The notes below the pieces were generated by a model. That model was not told where the DNA came from and did not search any database. It was given only the letters and a program-made list of their open reading frames with translations. A DNA stretch of 64,000 bases from the sequence record OR844650.1; one strand, 5' to 3'. The first letter of the stretch is position 1; every line of letters begins with the position of its first letter. The position numbers were made by a program, and so were the translations under genes. This document shows, piece by piece, positions 34,768-44,239 of this stretch.

Positions 34768-34959
34768 TTATTTCAAAGTACCATATAGTACTCTTAATAG
34801 GAAGTAGTACGTATTAGAGATATCATTAGTAGTTAAAACAATCTTTGTACACATATTAAATTCGTATTGAGTCATTGCCAGGGGGATTAAATTGTTAACC
34901 CATGCTTGTTCGTTTTCTTTTAGTTTACTTATATAGAAATCTTTATGTTCTTTATTCAT
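34768..34959 (-). CDS. KEYY-family small protein
   Basis: KDFYISKL. Confidence 0.7.
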   Translation of the reverse strand: MNKEHKDFYISKLKENEQAWVNNLIPLAMTQYEFNMCTKIVLTTNDISNTYYFLLRVLYGTLK

Positions 34960-35161
34960 ATAGGAATAGTATACCTATGATGCCGGAGTACATATTAGTA
35001 CTGTTATTATTGTCGTTTGCGTTTAAAGTCATTTGAATACAATTATTGTAGCATACTCTGCCGAAATATGTATCAGTACTTAAAGGTGCTGTAGTCCTTA
35101 GAAACATTTGTTCTGTGGGGCTGAGGTGTTTGGAGTAGAATTCTTTATGTTCTTTATTCAT
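34952..35161 (-). CDS. KEYY-family small protein
   Basis: Close paralogue of 35535-35741. Confidence 0.75.
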   Translation of the reverse strand: MNKEHKEFYSKHLSPTEQMFLRTTAPLSTDTYFGRVCYNNCIQMTLNANDNNNSTNMYSGIIGILFLYE

Positions 35162-35166
35162 ATTAG

Positions 35167-35352
35167 TTAGTGTCTGTATATAAGTAATAGTAAGAATACG
35201 TACTGCACCTGTTCATCTTTAGTATTGAGTACTGTACGTATTGCGTCATGGAACAAGAATATAGTACTTGGGTCATTAGAATTTAAGGGGTTTACGGGGA
35301 CGGCGTGTTTGTAGTTCCCTTTAACAAATTGTATATAGTATTCTCTATGCAT
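35167..35352 (-). CDS. KEYY-family small protein
   Basis: LLLIYRH. Confidence 0.7.
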   Translation of the reverse strand: MHREYYIQFVKGNYKHAVPVNPLNSNDPSTIFLFHDAIRTVLNTKDEQVQYVFLLLLIYRH

Positions 35353-35353
35353 A

Positions 35354-35542
35354 TCAGTACCTATATATTAGGGCGAGAATGTAGTACAGTTTATATGTAT
35401 TATAATCTGGGTTGATAGCACATAGTGTGTGGTAGTGGAATTGTTTGGTATTTTTCTTATCCTTGATATCTATTGGGTTTAGTGGTATAAGCATTTGGGA
35501 GTTTAGTTCCAGATGGTTTAAGTAGAATTCTTTGTTATTCAT
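35354..35542 (-). CDS. KEYY-family small protein
   Basis: ALIYRY. Confidence 0.7.
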   Translation of the reverse strand: MNNKEFYLNHLELNSQMLIPLNPIDIKDKKNTKQFHYHTLCAINPDYNTYKLYYILALIYRY

Positions 35543-35741
35543 AGAAGAATATTAGTCCCATTACGCCTGAGTACTGAATATTTTTGTTATTGTTTTCTAA
35601 AGCTTCTAGAGTAATACGTATACAATTATTAAAGCAATCTCTGGCGTGTGGTGTATCTAAACGTAAAGGTGATACACTCCTTAGAAACATTTGTTCTGAT
35701 GCACTGAGGTGTTTGGTGTAAAATTCTTTCTGTTCGTTCAT
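35535..35741 (-). CDS. KEYY-family small protein
   Basis: KEFYTKHLS. Confidence 0.75.
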   Translation of the reverse strand: MNEQKEFYTKHLSASEQMFLRSVSPLRLDTPHARDCFNNCIRITLEALENNNKNIQYSGVMGLIFFYE

Positions 35742-35751
35742 ATTGGCCTCT

Positions 35752-35940
35752 TTAGTACACGAAAGCTAGGTACAGTGTATGATACAGTACTCGATGATAG
35801 CTATCAAAATCTAGTATACATGCTTTAGTGCACATAGTAAAGTACACTTTATCGTTTTGAGCATTGATACCGCGAGGTTTATCTAATAGATTAGTACTGA
35901 GGTACATTGGGAAATATTTTGTGTAGTATTCTTTATGCAT
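35752..35940 (-). CDS. KEYY-family small protein
   Basis: Start MHKEYY. Confidence 0.7.
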   Translation of the reverse strand: MHKEYYTKYFPMYLSTNLLDKPRGINAQNDKVYFTMCTKACILDFDSYHRVLYHTLYLAFVY

Positions 35941-35941
35941 A

Positions 35942-36124
35942 TTAGTACCTGAATATAAGTAGGATAGTGTTATATAATTGGTCATAGCTACTACTATTTT
36001 CTATACTGCGTTCTATGCAATTATTGAATCCCAGTACTGCCAAATCGTTATCCAGGGGGACTTTATATCTGGCGTAGTGTTCAAATATACTGGGGAGAAA
36101 TTGTGTGTAGTATTCTTTGTGCAT
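35942..36124 (-). CDS. KEYY-family small protein
   Basis: MHKEYY...LIFRY. Confidence 0.7.
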   Translation of the reverse strand: MHKEYYTQFLPSIFEHYARYKVPLDNDLAVLGFNNCIERSIENSSSYDQLYNTILLIFRY

Positions 36125-36125
36125 A

Positions 36126-36317
36126 TTAGTACCTATATATTAGTAAAAGGATGTGATACAGTACTCGATTATAGTCTTCAATATATATCGAGGATTTAGT
36201 GCACTGAATGAAGTAGTCTTTTTCGTAGTTTTTTTCTATACCCAATGGTTCTGTTGGTAGAAGGTGTTGGAGATACATTGGGAGTTTCTCTATGTAGTAT
36301 TCTTTGTGGTTATTCAT
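36126..36317 (-). CDS. KEYY-family small protein
   Basis: KEYY...LLIYRY. Confidence 0.7.
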   Translation of the reverse strand: MNNHKEYYIEKLPMYLQHLLPTEPLGIEKNYEKDYFIQCTKSSIYIEDYNRVLYHILLLIYRY

Positions 36318-36325
36318 ATTATGTG

Positions 36326-36505
36326 TTATTTCGTGAAAACAAGGGTTAGTACTGCATAGTACAAGTCATACGTATCTTTAGGGTTAATAGCACCTTTAAT
36401 ACATTCTTTCATTACTTCATTATAGATAATTTTAGTACTGAATGTATTGGATGTTACTATATCGGAATTAAGGTACGAGAGGTAGAATTCTTTATAAGTA
36501 TTCAT
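36326..36505 (-). CDS. KEYY-family small protein (59 aa, MNTYKEFY...)
   Basis: Hand translation. Confidence 0.65.
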   Translation of the reverse strand: MNTYKEFYLSYLNSDIVTSNTFSTKIIYNEVMKECIKGAINPKDTYDLYYAVLTLVFTK

Positions 36506-36506
36506 A

Positions 36507-36689
36507 TTAGTACCTGAATGTTAGCATTACTACGTAGTACAGCATATATGGATTATCATCGTATATGAGCGTGTACTTAGTACATTGTTGGAACATTATC
36601 TTTGCGTGATCTTTGATACCCAATGCAACGTTTGGTATATGGTGTTGTAGATGCATTGGGATTTTATCTTTGTAGTATTCTTTATACAT
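36507..36689 (-). CDS. KEYY-family small protein
   Basis: Start MYKEYY. Confidence 0.7.
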   Translation of the reverse strand: MYKEYYKDKIPMHLQHHIPNVALGIKDHAKIMFQQCTKYTLIYDDNPYMLYYVVMLTFRY

Positions 36690-37341
36690 AGTTTGAAATA
36701 TACGTAATGAGGTGATGAAATTTCTTATCAGTACTGATAAGTTCCTGTACATGTTTTGTTAGTTTGTACGCGTTTTTATAGAGTCCTGGATTATCGATTA
36801 CAGTACTGTACATGAATTCTTCTTCCTCGGATAATTCTTTGTGTTCTAGTTCTTTGAGGAATTGCAGTACTGTATCAGTTTCGTTAGTACGTTGCTTTTG
36901 GAAGAAGTGCATGTTATTGTGTATTTTTTCTGAACCCATGCAGTACATATCGCCGATTTGGAATTGTGCAGTACTGATATCATGGGTGCTATTACAATTC
37001 CCGAAGAAGTATACATTCCCGAAAGATAGAATTATAGTGCACGGGATATTATCCATGTGTATATAGATAGATGCATTCTTTAGTGCTTTTGTGCTGGTAT
37101 TAGTACTCAATACTTTTAAATCAGTATTATAGATATTAATAAAAGCAAGAGCTATATTATTTTTCTTCAAGTACGATTTGAGGTTCTTAGATACGAGAAC
37201 ATTTCTGGATTTTTTCTTTTTATTTCGTTTCTTTAGTACACACGGGTCGTAAGTATATGCTGGTGTAAAAGATTCTGCTTGAATACTGTTGAGGTATTTA
37301 AAGTGCTTAAGGTATTGTTTGCTGTGTGCATTAAGTTTCAT
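36682..37341 (-). CDS. Basic hypothetical protein with FQxSLV-like motif
   Basis: 219 aa, EEEEFMYSTVID. Confidence 0.75.
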   Translation of the reverse strand: MKLNAHSKQYLKHFKYLNSIQAESFTPAYTYDPCVLKKRNKKKKSRNVLVSKNLKSYLKKNNIALAFINIYNTDLKVLSTNTSTKALKNASIYIHMDNIPCTIILSFGNVYFFGNCNSTHDISTAQFQIGDMYCMGSEKIHNNMHFFQKQRTNETDTVLQFLKELEHKELSEEEEFMYSTVIDNPGLYKNAYKLTKHVQELISTDKKFHHLITYISNYV

Positions 37342-37351
37342 TTGGTTTCCT

Positions 37352-37531
37352 TTATACAGATGCGAGAGCGAGGATTTCCCTGAAGGGATTATCTTTTGTT
37401 AGTGCGTGATGAATGCAGCTATTGAGATTAATATTTTTAGTACTATTAGTTGCCAGGTTGTAGTACTTCACGAAGGTGTCGTACATGAAACGGTCTTTAA
37501 TGCTTATGTGTTCTATATAGTATTCTTGCAT
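37352..37531 (-). CDS. KEYY-family small protein (59 aa, MQEYYIE...)
   Basis: Hand translation; AAGGAA RBS. Confidence 0.65.
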   Translation of the reverse strand: MQEYYIEHISIKDRFMYDTFVKYYNLATNSTKNINLNSCIHHALTKDNPFREILALASV

Positions 37532-37539
37532 ATTATTCC

Positions 37540-37728
37540 TTACATAGAGATGAGTTTCAGTACATCAATATACATATAACGTTCAGATGACAGTACACGG
37601 GTAGTGATAATCTCAATCGATATATTTTTAATTCCATGTGCAGATGATTGATGGTGCTGAATAAATGAGTTGTGCATACTTTGTTCTATGTGGTTTAGTT
37701 TATTGAAGTAGTACTCAAAAGTGTTCAT
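37540..37728 (-). CDS. KEYY-family small protein
   Basis: MNTFEYY...VLKLISM. Confidence 0.7.
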   Translation of the reverse strand: MNTFEYYFNKLNHIEQSMHNSFIQHHQSSAHGIKNISIEIITTRVLSSERYMYIDVLKLISM

Positions 37729-37735
37729 GTCTACC

Positions 37736-37915
37736 TTAGATTGAGATTAGTTTAAGTACTTCTCTGTACGTGTACTTTTCGTTTTGTGCTTCTACTGTAC
37801 ACGAGAGTAGATAACGTTTTTTATCTCTTTTGTTCCCGACTGTGTAGTACCTTTGGAATTTATTATAGTTGTATCTATCTTTGTGCTGGAGGTTATAGAT
37901 ATAGAATTCTTGCAT
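37736..37915 (-). CDS. KEYY-family small protein (59 aa, MQEFYIY...)
   Basis: Hand translation; C-terminal AQNEKYTYREVLKLISI identical to 38118-38300. Confidence 0.7.
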   Translation of the reverse strand: MQEFYIYNLQHKDRYNYNKFQRYYTVGNKRDKKRYLLSCTVEAQNEKYTYREVLKLISI

Positions 37916-37923
37916 AGAGTACC

Positions 37924-38109
37924 TTAGATTGCTATCAGTTTGAGTACTTCAATATATGTGCGGTACTCTGCTTTAATTAAATTTGTACACACTGTAAGGG
38001 AATTTCTTTGTATAAGTTTATTGCCGCTTTTATACGCATTTCTCCACACATAGAGATGAGATCTTTCAGGCATAGATAGTTTATTTGTATAGTACTCAAA
38101 TGTATTCAT
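37924..38109 (-). CDS. KEYY-family small protein
   Basis: MNTFEYY...VLKLIAI. Confidence 0.7.
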   Translation of the reverse strand: MNTFEYYTNKLSMPERSHLYVWRNAYKSGNKLIQRNSLTVCTNLIKAEYRTYIEVLKLIAI

Positions 38110-38117
38110 ATATTACC

Positions 38118-38300
38118 TCAAATAGAGATTAGTTTAAGTACTTCTCTGTATGTGTACTTTTCGTTTTGTGCATCTCTTGTGCTTGTATATAGGTATCCTC
38201 GACGATATTTGTTGCTCCCGTTCTTGTAGTTGAATTCGAACTTATTGTAGATGAATCTATCGCCAGGCTGTAATTTACTTAAGTACAATTCAATGCTCAT
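38118..38300 (-). CDS. KEYY-family small protein
   Basis: Start MSIELY. Confidence 0.7.
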   Translation of the reverse strand: MSIELYLSKLQPGDRFIYNKFEFNYKNGSNKYRRGYLYTSTRDAQNEKYTYREVLKLISI

Positions 38301-38310
38301 AGTATTCTCT

Positions 38311-38496
38311 TTACATATCAATAAGTTTCAGTACTGCTCTGTACGTGTACTTAGTTGTTAGTACTTCTGTTATAGCAGCACTGAAGTAATGATGTTTGTC
38401 TCTTATACTGCCGCGTTTGTAGTACCACACATGGGAGTTGTGGGTGTACTTGTCCCTGTCGGATAGTTGTTGGTAGTAGTAGCTTATGTGATTCAT
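38311..38496 (-). CDS. KEYY-family small protein
   Basis: KYTYRAVLKLIDM. Confidence 0.7.
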   Translation of the reverse strand: MNHISYYYQQLSDRDKYTHNSHVWYYKRGSIRDKHHYFSAAITEVLTTKYTYRAVLKLIDM

Positions 38497-38697
38497 GGTA
38501 GTGTAATTAGCCTTACTATATTAAAGTACTCGGTCCCTGGTACACCTTGTAGAATATTATCAACTACATTTTCTTGGTGCAGGATTAATACATTCGGTGC
38601 GGTTCTTTTAAGGTTTTTTTAAAGTACTGTATTCTTGTTTAAGGATGAACTGTACATCTTTAGGGAGAATATCTAAGTAGTACTGGTGTATGTTCAT
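38493..38697 (-). pseudogene. KEYY-family gene with +1 frameshift in an A7 run
   Basis: Removing one A at 38614-38620 restores a 67 aa ORF ending YFNIVRLITLP with ATGA coupling to the next gene. Confidence 0.6.
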
Positions 38698-38717
38698 AGT
38701 TTTCATATAGTACTCTT

Positions 38718-38903
38718 TTAGAACTTAAAGATGAGGTTCATGATAGATAAGTACTTAGTTTCAGGAAATTGATGTTCTATTGCATAACGTGTCTCCAGTC
38801 TGAAGTCAAATTTATAAAAGGGACTATTCATATCCATAGGTTCATTGGGAAATGAATCTCTGTATTGTTTGTGCAGCTTACTACAGTAGAATTCTTTATA
38901 CAT
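38718..38903 (-). CDS. KEYY-family small protein
   Basis: MYKEFY...LIFKF. Confidence 0.7.
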   Translation of the reverse strand: MYKEFYCSKLHKQYRDSFPNEPMDMNSPFYKFDFRLETRYAIEHQFPETKYLSIMNLIFKF

Positions 38904-38904
38904 A

Positions 38905-39117
38905 TTAGTGCTCGATTAAAAGGGTTAGGATGTAATAGTATTGCATACTTTCTACCCCTTGTACAGCATTTCTTATTTTATTATTCCTGTACGAGTTCAA
39001 GAGTTTAGGACAATGTTTGAAGTTTATATAATTATTTTGTGTATACAGTAGGCTTTCTCGTAGACCTTTTGTTGGTAGTGCATCAATGTAGTACTGTTCA
39101 ATGTTCATAGTGTTCAT
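38905..39117 (-). CDS. KEYY-family small protein
   Basis: EQYYIDAL...ILTLLIEH. Confidence 0.7.
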   Translation of the reverse strand: MNTMNIEQYYIDALPTKGLRESLLYTQNNYINFKHCPKLLNSYRNNKIRNAVQGVESMQYYYILTLLIEH

Positions 39118-39341
39118 AGAGCTACCAGTACTAAGATTTTTGATAATTGTTTGTTTCTATCCCCGCAGATGTTGTTGTGTAAAATGCTCACTACAAGGGT
39201 ATCAAGTGCATTGTTCAGCATAAGGTTACATCCAGTACTGTTATGTGTTTTTAGCTCAATTAGCCACGAACAATCCGCGAGAAATTTCCCGTACTCTAGT
39301 TCATTTAGCGTATTAATGTAGTACTTAAGTGCATTTGTCAT
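39114..39341 (-). CDS. KEYY-family-like small protein, first in array
   Basis: AAGGAG RBS; downstream of promoter 39367-39395. Confidence 0.7.
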   Translation of the reverse strand: MTNALKYYINTLNELEYGKFLADCSWLIELKTHNSTGCNLMLNNALDTLVVSILHNNICGDRNKQLSKILVLVAL

Positions 39342-39366
39342 GTACAGTTCTCCTTATATTCCTTCT

Positions 39367-39443
39367 ATAGTACATCAGTACTGAAAGGTTGTCAAGGGTT
39401 TTCTTTTTGGGGTAAATATGATATAATGAATAAAGGAGGAAAT
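39367..39443. promoter_or_regulatory. Divergent promoters: leftward sigma70, rightward TAAATA-type
   Basis: Minus TTGACA-17-TACTAT (39367-39395); plus TAAATATGATATAAT then AAGGAGG. Confidence 0.65.
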
Positions 39444-40592
39444 ATGTTACCTTTTGTTAGAATGTTTGATTATGGGAATGAAGCACCTACCAACTCTGGG
39501 CGTTTTAAAATATATTCCAGTGATTCTATGTATCTTCATGATACTTATACTGACAAGTTGTATGCATCTTCTGCGACGAATTGGGGTACTGGTACAGGTG
39601 TAGCATCGAGTAAATTTATTCTTTGTGCGGAGAATGTTAAACGAGTTCTATTGGAAGATAACAGTAGTGATTGTCAATTGTATGAAGAGAAAGGTACTGG
39701 AAAAGTTTTTATCACTGGTAACACGAAGGCATTCACTGGTGTAACTGATAGAAAAACTTTGTGGACGGACTGTACTACGTGGATAACATCAAGTGGTATT
39801 AATGTTTCTGATATAAAATACATGAGTAGTTTTTATGATATGAAGGTGAATTTGATAACAAACGATGGTACATTGTATTGTTGTGGAGCTAACAATATAT
39901 CGAACATATCATCATTTGGTGATGGCACAAACATTAATTCTTTTAACACATTCAAAAGAGTAGATACTATAACTTCGGTTAAAAAGGCAGTTGGTAACAT
40001 TTATTTGCGAGAAGATAATACTTTATGGGGTTGTGGTTTTAACTATTACTACCAGTTGGGCACGGGTAATCAAACTTCTATTACTGGGGTGACGATGATT
40101 TCTTCGGATGTTATAGATTTTAATGTAAGTTATCAGAGTACATTTTTTATCAAATCGGATAATAATTTGTACGCTTGTGGTAAACAGTTCGGTGCACAAT
40201 ATGGGAACGAATTTGGTACAGGTGGTACTTCCTCTTCTACTGATATACAATATAAAACTCCCACATTATTGAGTGCAGGTGTTTATAGTTTATATACTTG
40301 TGTTGGTAACATGGCATCACATATAGTTAAAGGTGATGAAGTACTTTATGCATCTGGAAGCAACTCGTCTGGTCAATTAGGTGTTGGTAATAATAATAAT
40401 CAGTACTCCTATACTCCTTCATATACTTCGTTTAATACCTCTTGTAATTTGGTACGCACCCCATCTGGTTCACTTATACTTACTGATACTGGAAAATTAT
40501 ATTATTGTGGCCTTGCAATAGTAGTAATGGGTGGTATTTCTGGACAGAACGTTCTTAATTATACAGAAGTCGATATGTCATTTTTGCAGTAA
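39444..40592 (+). CDS. MLPF-leader RCC1/BLIP-II-like beta-propeller protein 1
   Basis: GxNxxGQLG-type repeats (CGFNYYYQLGTG, SGSNSSGQLGVG); 382 aa. Confidence 0.85.
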   Translation: MLPFVRMFDYGNEAPTNSGRFKIYSSDSMYLHDTYTDKLYASSATNWGTGTGVASSKFILCAENVKRVLLEDNSSDCQLYEEKGTGKVFITGNTKAFTGVTDRKTLWTDCTTWITSSGINVSDIKYMSSFYDMKVNLITNDGTLYCCGANNISNISSFGDGTNINSFNTFKRVDTITSVKKAVGNIYLREDNTLWGCGFNYYYQLGTGNQTSITGVTMISSDVIDFNVSYQSTFFIKSDNNLYACGKQFGAQYGNEFGTGGTSSSTDIQYKTPTLLSAGVYSLYTCVGNMASHIVKGDEVLYASGSNSSGQLGVGNNNNQYSYTPSYTSFNTSCNLVRTPSGSLILTDTGKLYYCGLAIVVMGGISGQNVLNYTEVDMSFLQ

Positions 40593-40600
40593 ATTAATAT

Positions 40601-40660
40601 GCCAGTACTTGATACTGGCTTTTTTTGATTAAATATAGTATAATGAATAAAGGAGGAAAT
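40601..40660 (+). promoter_or_regulatory. Terminator + TAAATA promoter + RBS cassette
   Basis: GCCAGTA-CTTGA-TACTGGC-T7, TTAAATATAGTATAATGAATAAAGGAGG. Confidence 0.85.
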
Positions 40661-41770
40661 ATGTTACCTTTTGTAAGAATGGTTAAGTACGGGAATATTG
40701 CACCAGTACCGAAAAAAATAAAGAAAGTTATAGCAGGATATGATAATTTATATGTACTATATGGTGATGGTTCGCTATATGGTTGTGGAATCAATAACTA
40801 TCAACAGTTAAATATTGATGGAACTGCTACACAAAATAATTGGGTACTAATTACCAATGGTGTTAGTAATGCATGGGCTGGTGGATACAATATTTTATAT
40901 TTGAAAGAAGATAAATTTATAATGCACGGAACTAATGTCTCATTAGGTTTAGGAAATACTACAATTCCATTAGGTGGAGTAGATGTAACTTCTTCATTCC
41001 CAGATATCTCTAATATTAAAATGATATCCATTGGTTTTGATTCAATGCACTATGTTAGTGCTGATGGTACAACTGTATATGGAAGAGGTATGAACACAAA
41101 TGGTTCTGTTGGTTCAGGTAGTACTTACTCACAGAGTACTTTCACTTCAGTACTGAATAATGGAACTAATCAGGTTATTGATATATTTGGTAACGTTAAT
41201 AATACAGTGCTTCTAACATCGAATGGTGAGCTTCGAGCATGTGGGACAAGTGCTTATGGTTCTATAGGAAATGAAACTGGTAAGTGGACATCGTTTGGTT
41301 TAAAATTATCTGGCACTAAAATAATGGGTGGTAATGGGTATAGTACGCTTGCATATACAAATTCGGGAATGTACCACTCAGGGTGGCAGTTAAATGGGGA
41401 ACTAGGAAATGGTTTAGATACTAACGTACAGGTATATCCATTTCAATTTAACTCTAAAACGATAGATAGCAAGATAGATAAAATTGCCAAATCATCATCT
41501 GGGTCATATGTTAACATGTACTCAACAACAGAAGGAAAGATATATACGACAGGTTCGTTTGGTAAAAACGGGTCAACTACTGCATTGAATTTGTTCACCA
41601 ATACATTAACACTTATAAATTACAATCCAGATACCGCCTCGTTGTATACGTGCACAAACTTCAGTGTTGTGTATGATGGTAATGAAACTATTGCTGTAAG
41701 TGGTAGTCCTACATATGTACCAGGGGGCGTTGCCGCTAATAGATGGACTACAATTCCATTACCCAAGTAA
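40661..41770 (+). CDS. MLPF-leader RCC1-like protein 2
   Basis: 369 aa; close paralogue of 54854-55963. Confidence 0.85.
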   Translation: MLPFVRMVKYGNIAPVPKKIKKVIAGYDNLYVLYGDGSLYGCGINNYQQLNIDGTATQNNWVLITNGVSNAWAGGYNILYLKEDKFIMHGTNVSLGLGNTTIPLGGVDVTSSFPDISNIKMISIGFDSMHYVSADGTTVYGRGMNTNGSVGSGSTYSQSTFTSVLNNGTNQVIDIFGNVNNTVLLTSNGELRACGTSAYGSIGNETGKWTSFGLKLSGTKIMGGNGYSTLAYTNSGMYHSGWQLNGELGNGLDTNVQVYPFQFNSKTIDSKIDKIAKSSSGSYVNMYSTTEGKIYTTGSFGKNGSTTALNLFTNTLTLINYNPDTASLYTCTNFSVVYDGNETIAVSGSPTYVPGGVAANRWTTIPLPK

Positions 41771-41774
41771 TACT

Positions 41775-41841
41775 ATGCCAGTACTTGATGCTGGCATTTC
41801 TTTTTGTATTAAATATAGTATAATGTATAAAGGAGGAAAAT
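41775..41841 (+). promoter_or_regulatory. Terminator + TAAATA promoter + RBS cassette
   Basis: Same repeat. Confidence 0.85.
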
Positions 41842-43023
41842 ATGTTACCTTTTGTTAGAATGTTTGATTATGGGAACGTCGTTGAGCCACCTGTGGGTAC
41901 ACGTTATACCTGTAGTGACTATAGTGCGACTTATAGTTTAATAAAGGATGGTGTGTTATATGTATCTGGGATGAATAACTATTATCAGTTAGGTAATAAC
42001 ACTAACGTAACACGTTACAACGAGTGGTTAAAAGTTCCAGAGACTGATAGTGTTAAGTTTTGTAGTACTGGTTATAGTCAGACAATGTATCTGACTAACA
42101 ATGGTAGGATAATGATAGCAGGTGAAGATCCTACTTCCAGTGCGACTTCGGTAAGTGTAAAGGTTTGGACGGATATAACTTCTAGATTTCGTGCAGTTGA
42201 TACTAAAAAGATTGTTTATATTTCAATAGAACGCTTTGGTGTAATGATGATCATGGAAGATGGTTCAGTATGGGCGTGTGGTGTTGATAATACTGGTTGG
42301 AGTGGACAAGGGAGTAAGACTGTTGGTTTCTTTACTTTCAGACAAATATACACCGGAAGTGCAGGAAGTGCAGTTGCTTGTACTGCTGGTACTGGTACTG
42401 CGAGAATTCTGTTAGCTAATGGAACAATCTTGTCCTCTGGTACTAATACATATCATCAATGTAATGCTAGTACTAATCCGGCTGTTCTAACATTCACTGA
42501 ATCATTCCCTGGGGTTGATCCTTCATTGATATATCAAATCAAGATGTGTAATAACAACTGTATTATATTTTTGAGTGATAAGAGATATTACGGTACTGGC
42601 TGGGGAAGTTTTGGTGCATTGGGTGATGGTGATATTACGGGTTCGAATAATAAATTCTATGCAGGTACATTGTCAGTTGCTCCTAAAAACATGCGTGCTT
42701 ATATGTCGTATCTATGTAGTTCTTCTGGGGATTCTAGTATGTACATAGGCGATGATAATTTCATATACACCTGCGGTTATCGTGGGAGGAACTTAATAAA
42801 TGCCACTACAGATATTGGTACGTTCACGAAATGCATTCAAAGTGCACAAGGATACAAGAATGGACTTATATATAGTGGGAATTATTGTGCTGTAGTTTTT
42901 GATCCAGATTTGGGTTCAGGAATGTCATATGCGGTTTCATCACCAAAATTGAATTCTCCAGCACCACAGGCTAGTGTTCCAGCATTGGGTATGAGTTCGT
43001 TACAATCTATCATTTTACCATAA
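41842..43023 (+). CDS. MLPF-leader RCC1-like protein 3
   Basis: 393 aa; SGMNNYYQLGN. Confidence 0.85.
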   Translation: MLPFVRMFDYGNVVEPPVGTRYTCSDYSATYSLIKDGVLYVSGMNNYYQLGNNTNVTRYNEWLKVPETDSVKFCSTGYSQTMYLTNNGRIMIAGEDPTSSATSVSVKVWTDITSRFRAVDTKKIVYISIERFGVMMIMEDGSVWACGVDNTGWSGQGSKTVGFFTFRQIYTGSAGSAVACTAGTGTARILLANGTILSSGTNTYHQCNASTNPAVLTFTESFPGVDPSLIYQIKMCNNNCIIFLSDKRYYGTGWGSFGALGDGDITGSNNKFYAGTLSVAPKNMRAYMSYLCSSSGDSSMYIGDDNFIYTCGYRGRNLINATTDIGTFTKCIQSAQGYKNGLIYSGNYCAVVFDPDLGSGMSYAVSSPKLNSPAPQASVPALGMSSLQSIILP

Positions 43024-43026
43024 ATG

Positions 43027-43098
43027 ATACCAGTACTGAAATATGTGCTGGTATTTTTTTTGTAAATACATTATAATTATTATATGGAGATTTTAGTT
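43027..43098 (+). promoter_or_regulatory. Divergent terminator + TAAATA promoter cassette
   Basis: ATACCAGTAC/GTGCTGGTAT stem, T tract, TAAATA at 43063. Confidence 0.7.
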
Positions 43099-44229
43099 AT
43101 GTTACCTTTTGTTAGAATGTTTGATTATGGGAATACAGTGGCTGCTCCCACTGGTATAAAGGATTTCCAAGCAAATGGAAGCCACTGTATGGCACTAACA
43201 TATAGTGGTGAGATGTGGGCTTATGGTACAAGTACAAGTGGATCAATGGGAACCGGATTCACGGTGGGTGCTGCTGAGAAGGGTTGGTACAAGTCTAACA
43301 TTAGTAATGTTAAATCATTCAGTTCTAATATGCAGACTAGCACAGTGGCTTTGACAAATGATGATAGAGTGCTAGTTTGTGGCTCAACTAGATTTGACAA
43401 ATTCAGTACTCCAGATATTGCATCATCTAACCTTGATTGGTTGGATGTTACTGATCATATTCCACAGGAAGTTATTGATGCTGGGATGAAGCAAGTTATT
43501 AACCACGCATATTATGTTGCCATTCTTACTGAAAACAATCTATTATATAGTGTGGCATTATCTTTGGGTAATACTAGTACTATAATAGATAGAACATGGC
43601 GAAGAAATACATTTGGTGATATACAAGTTGAACGTGTTGTTTCGTTGACACAAACCCCAAGTGGTCCTTTGTGTATAGTTCAAGATGCTGCCGGATACCA
43701 GTATGGTATTGGATATAATGGTAATAAGATTATTGATAATACTTCCACTAATTCATATTCTGTATATACCAAAATGGGTACACTTCCTTACAATGAATTT
43801 GCCATATCGAATAGCGGGAAATTCAGTTCAGCGGTATTATCAGATGGGAGAAGTGTTTATAGTGGTACATTTCCAAAGTCATTCAATAATAGTTTTGGTT
43901 CATTTTTGAAAGTTGGTGCGGTATCAGATACTGTGTTTGGTTTAGATGCAAAAAATATGCGTGGTCAATATGGTCAAAATCAATTACCAATTGCGTCGGC
44001 TGATAACAATGCAAGTAATGGTGTTGTGAACCTTCGTAATGTTCCAGCGGGAACACAAACGAAAGACATTCGATTTATATGCGGAAATGATGTAAAGAAC
44101 GTTTATATCATATACACAAATGAAGACGGCATTAGCTCATTTTATGGATTGGGACCAAACTTTGATCAAAATTCCTCAGCATATGCACAATTCGTCAAAG
44201 TGGATTTGCCAGGGGCATTATTAAATTAA
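43099..44229 (+). CDS. MLPF-leader RCC1-like protein 4 (divergent)
   Basis: 376 aa; YGTSTSGSMGTG, NMRGQYGQ. Confidence 0.8.
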   Translation: MLPFVRMFDYGNTVAAPTGIKDFQANGSHCMALTYSGEMWAYGTSTSGSMGTGFTVGAAEKGWYKSNISNVKSFSSNMQTSTVALTNDDRVLVCGSTRFDKFSTPDIASSNLDWLDVTDHIPQEVIDAGMKQVINHAYYVAILTENNLLYSVALSLGNTSTIIDRTWRRNTFGDIQVERVVSLTQTPSGPLCIVQDAAGYQYGIGYNGNKIIDNTSTNSYSVYTKMGTLPYNEFAISNSGKFSSAVLSDGRSVYSGTFPKSFNNSFGSFLKVGAVSDTVFGLDAKNMRGQYGQNQLPIASADNNASNGVVNLRNVPAGTQTKDIRFICGNDVKNVYIIYTNEDGISSFYGLGPNFDQNSSAYAQFVKVDLPGALLN

Positions 44230-44239
44230 GGAGAGAAAT

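Larger units (their letters stand above)
34550..39341 (-). repeat. Tandem array of about 21 related 59-75 aa genes (KE(F/Y)Y...Y..L.LI)
   Basis: Shared aromatic N-terminal and LIYRY/VLKLI C-terminal patterns; tightly packed. Confidence 0.8.
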
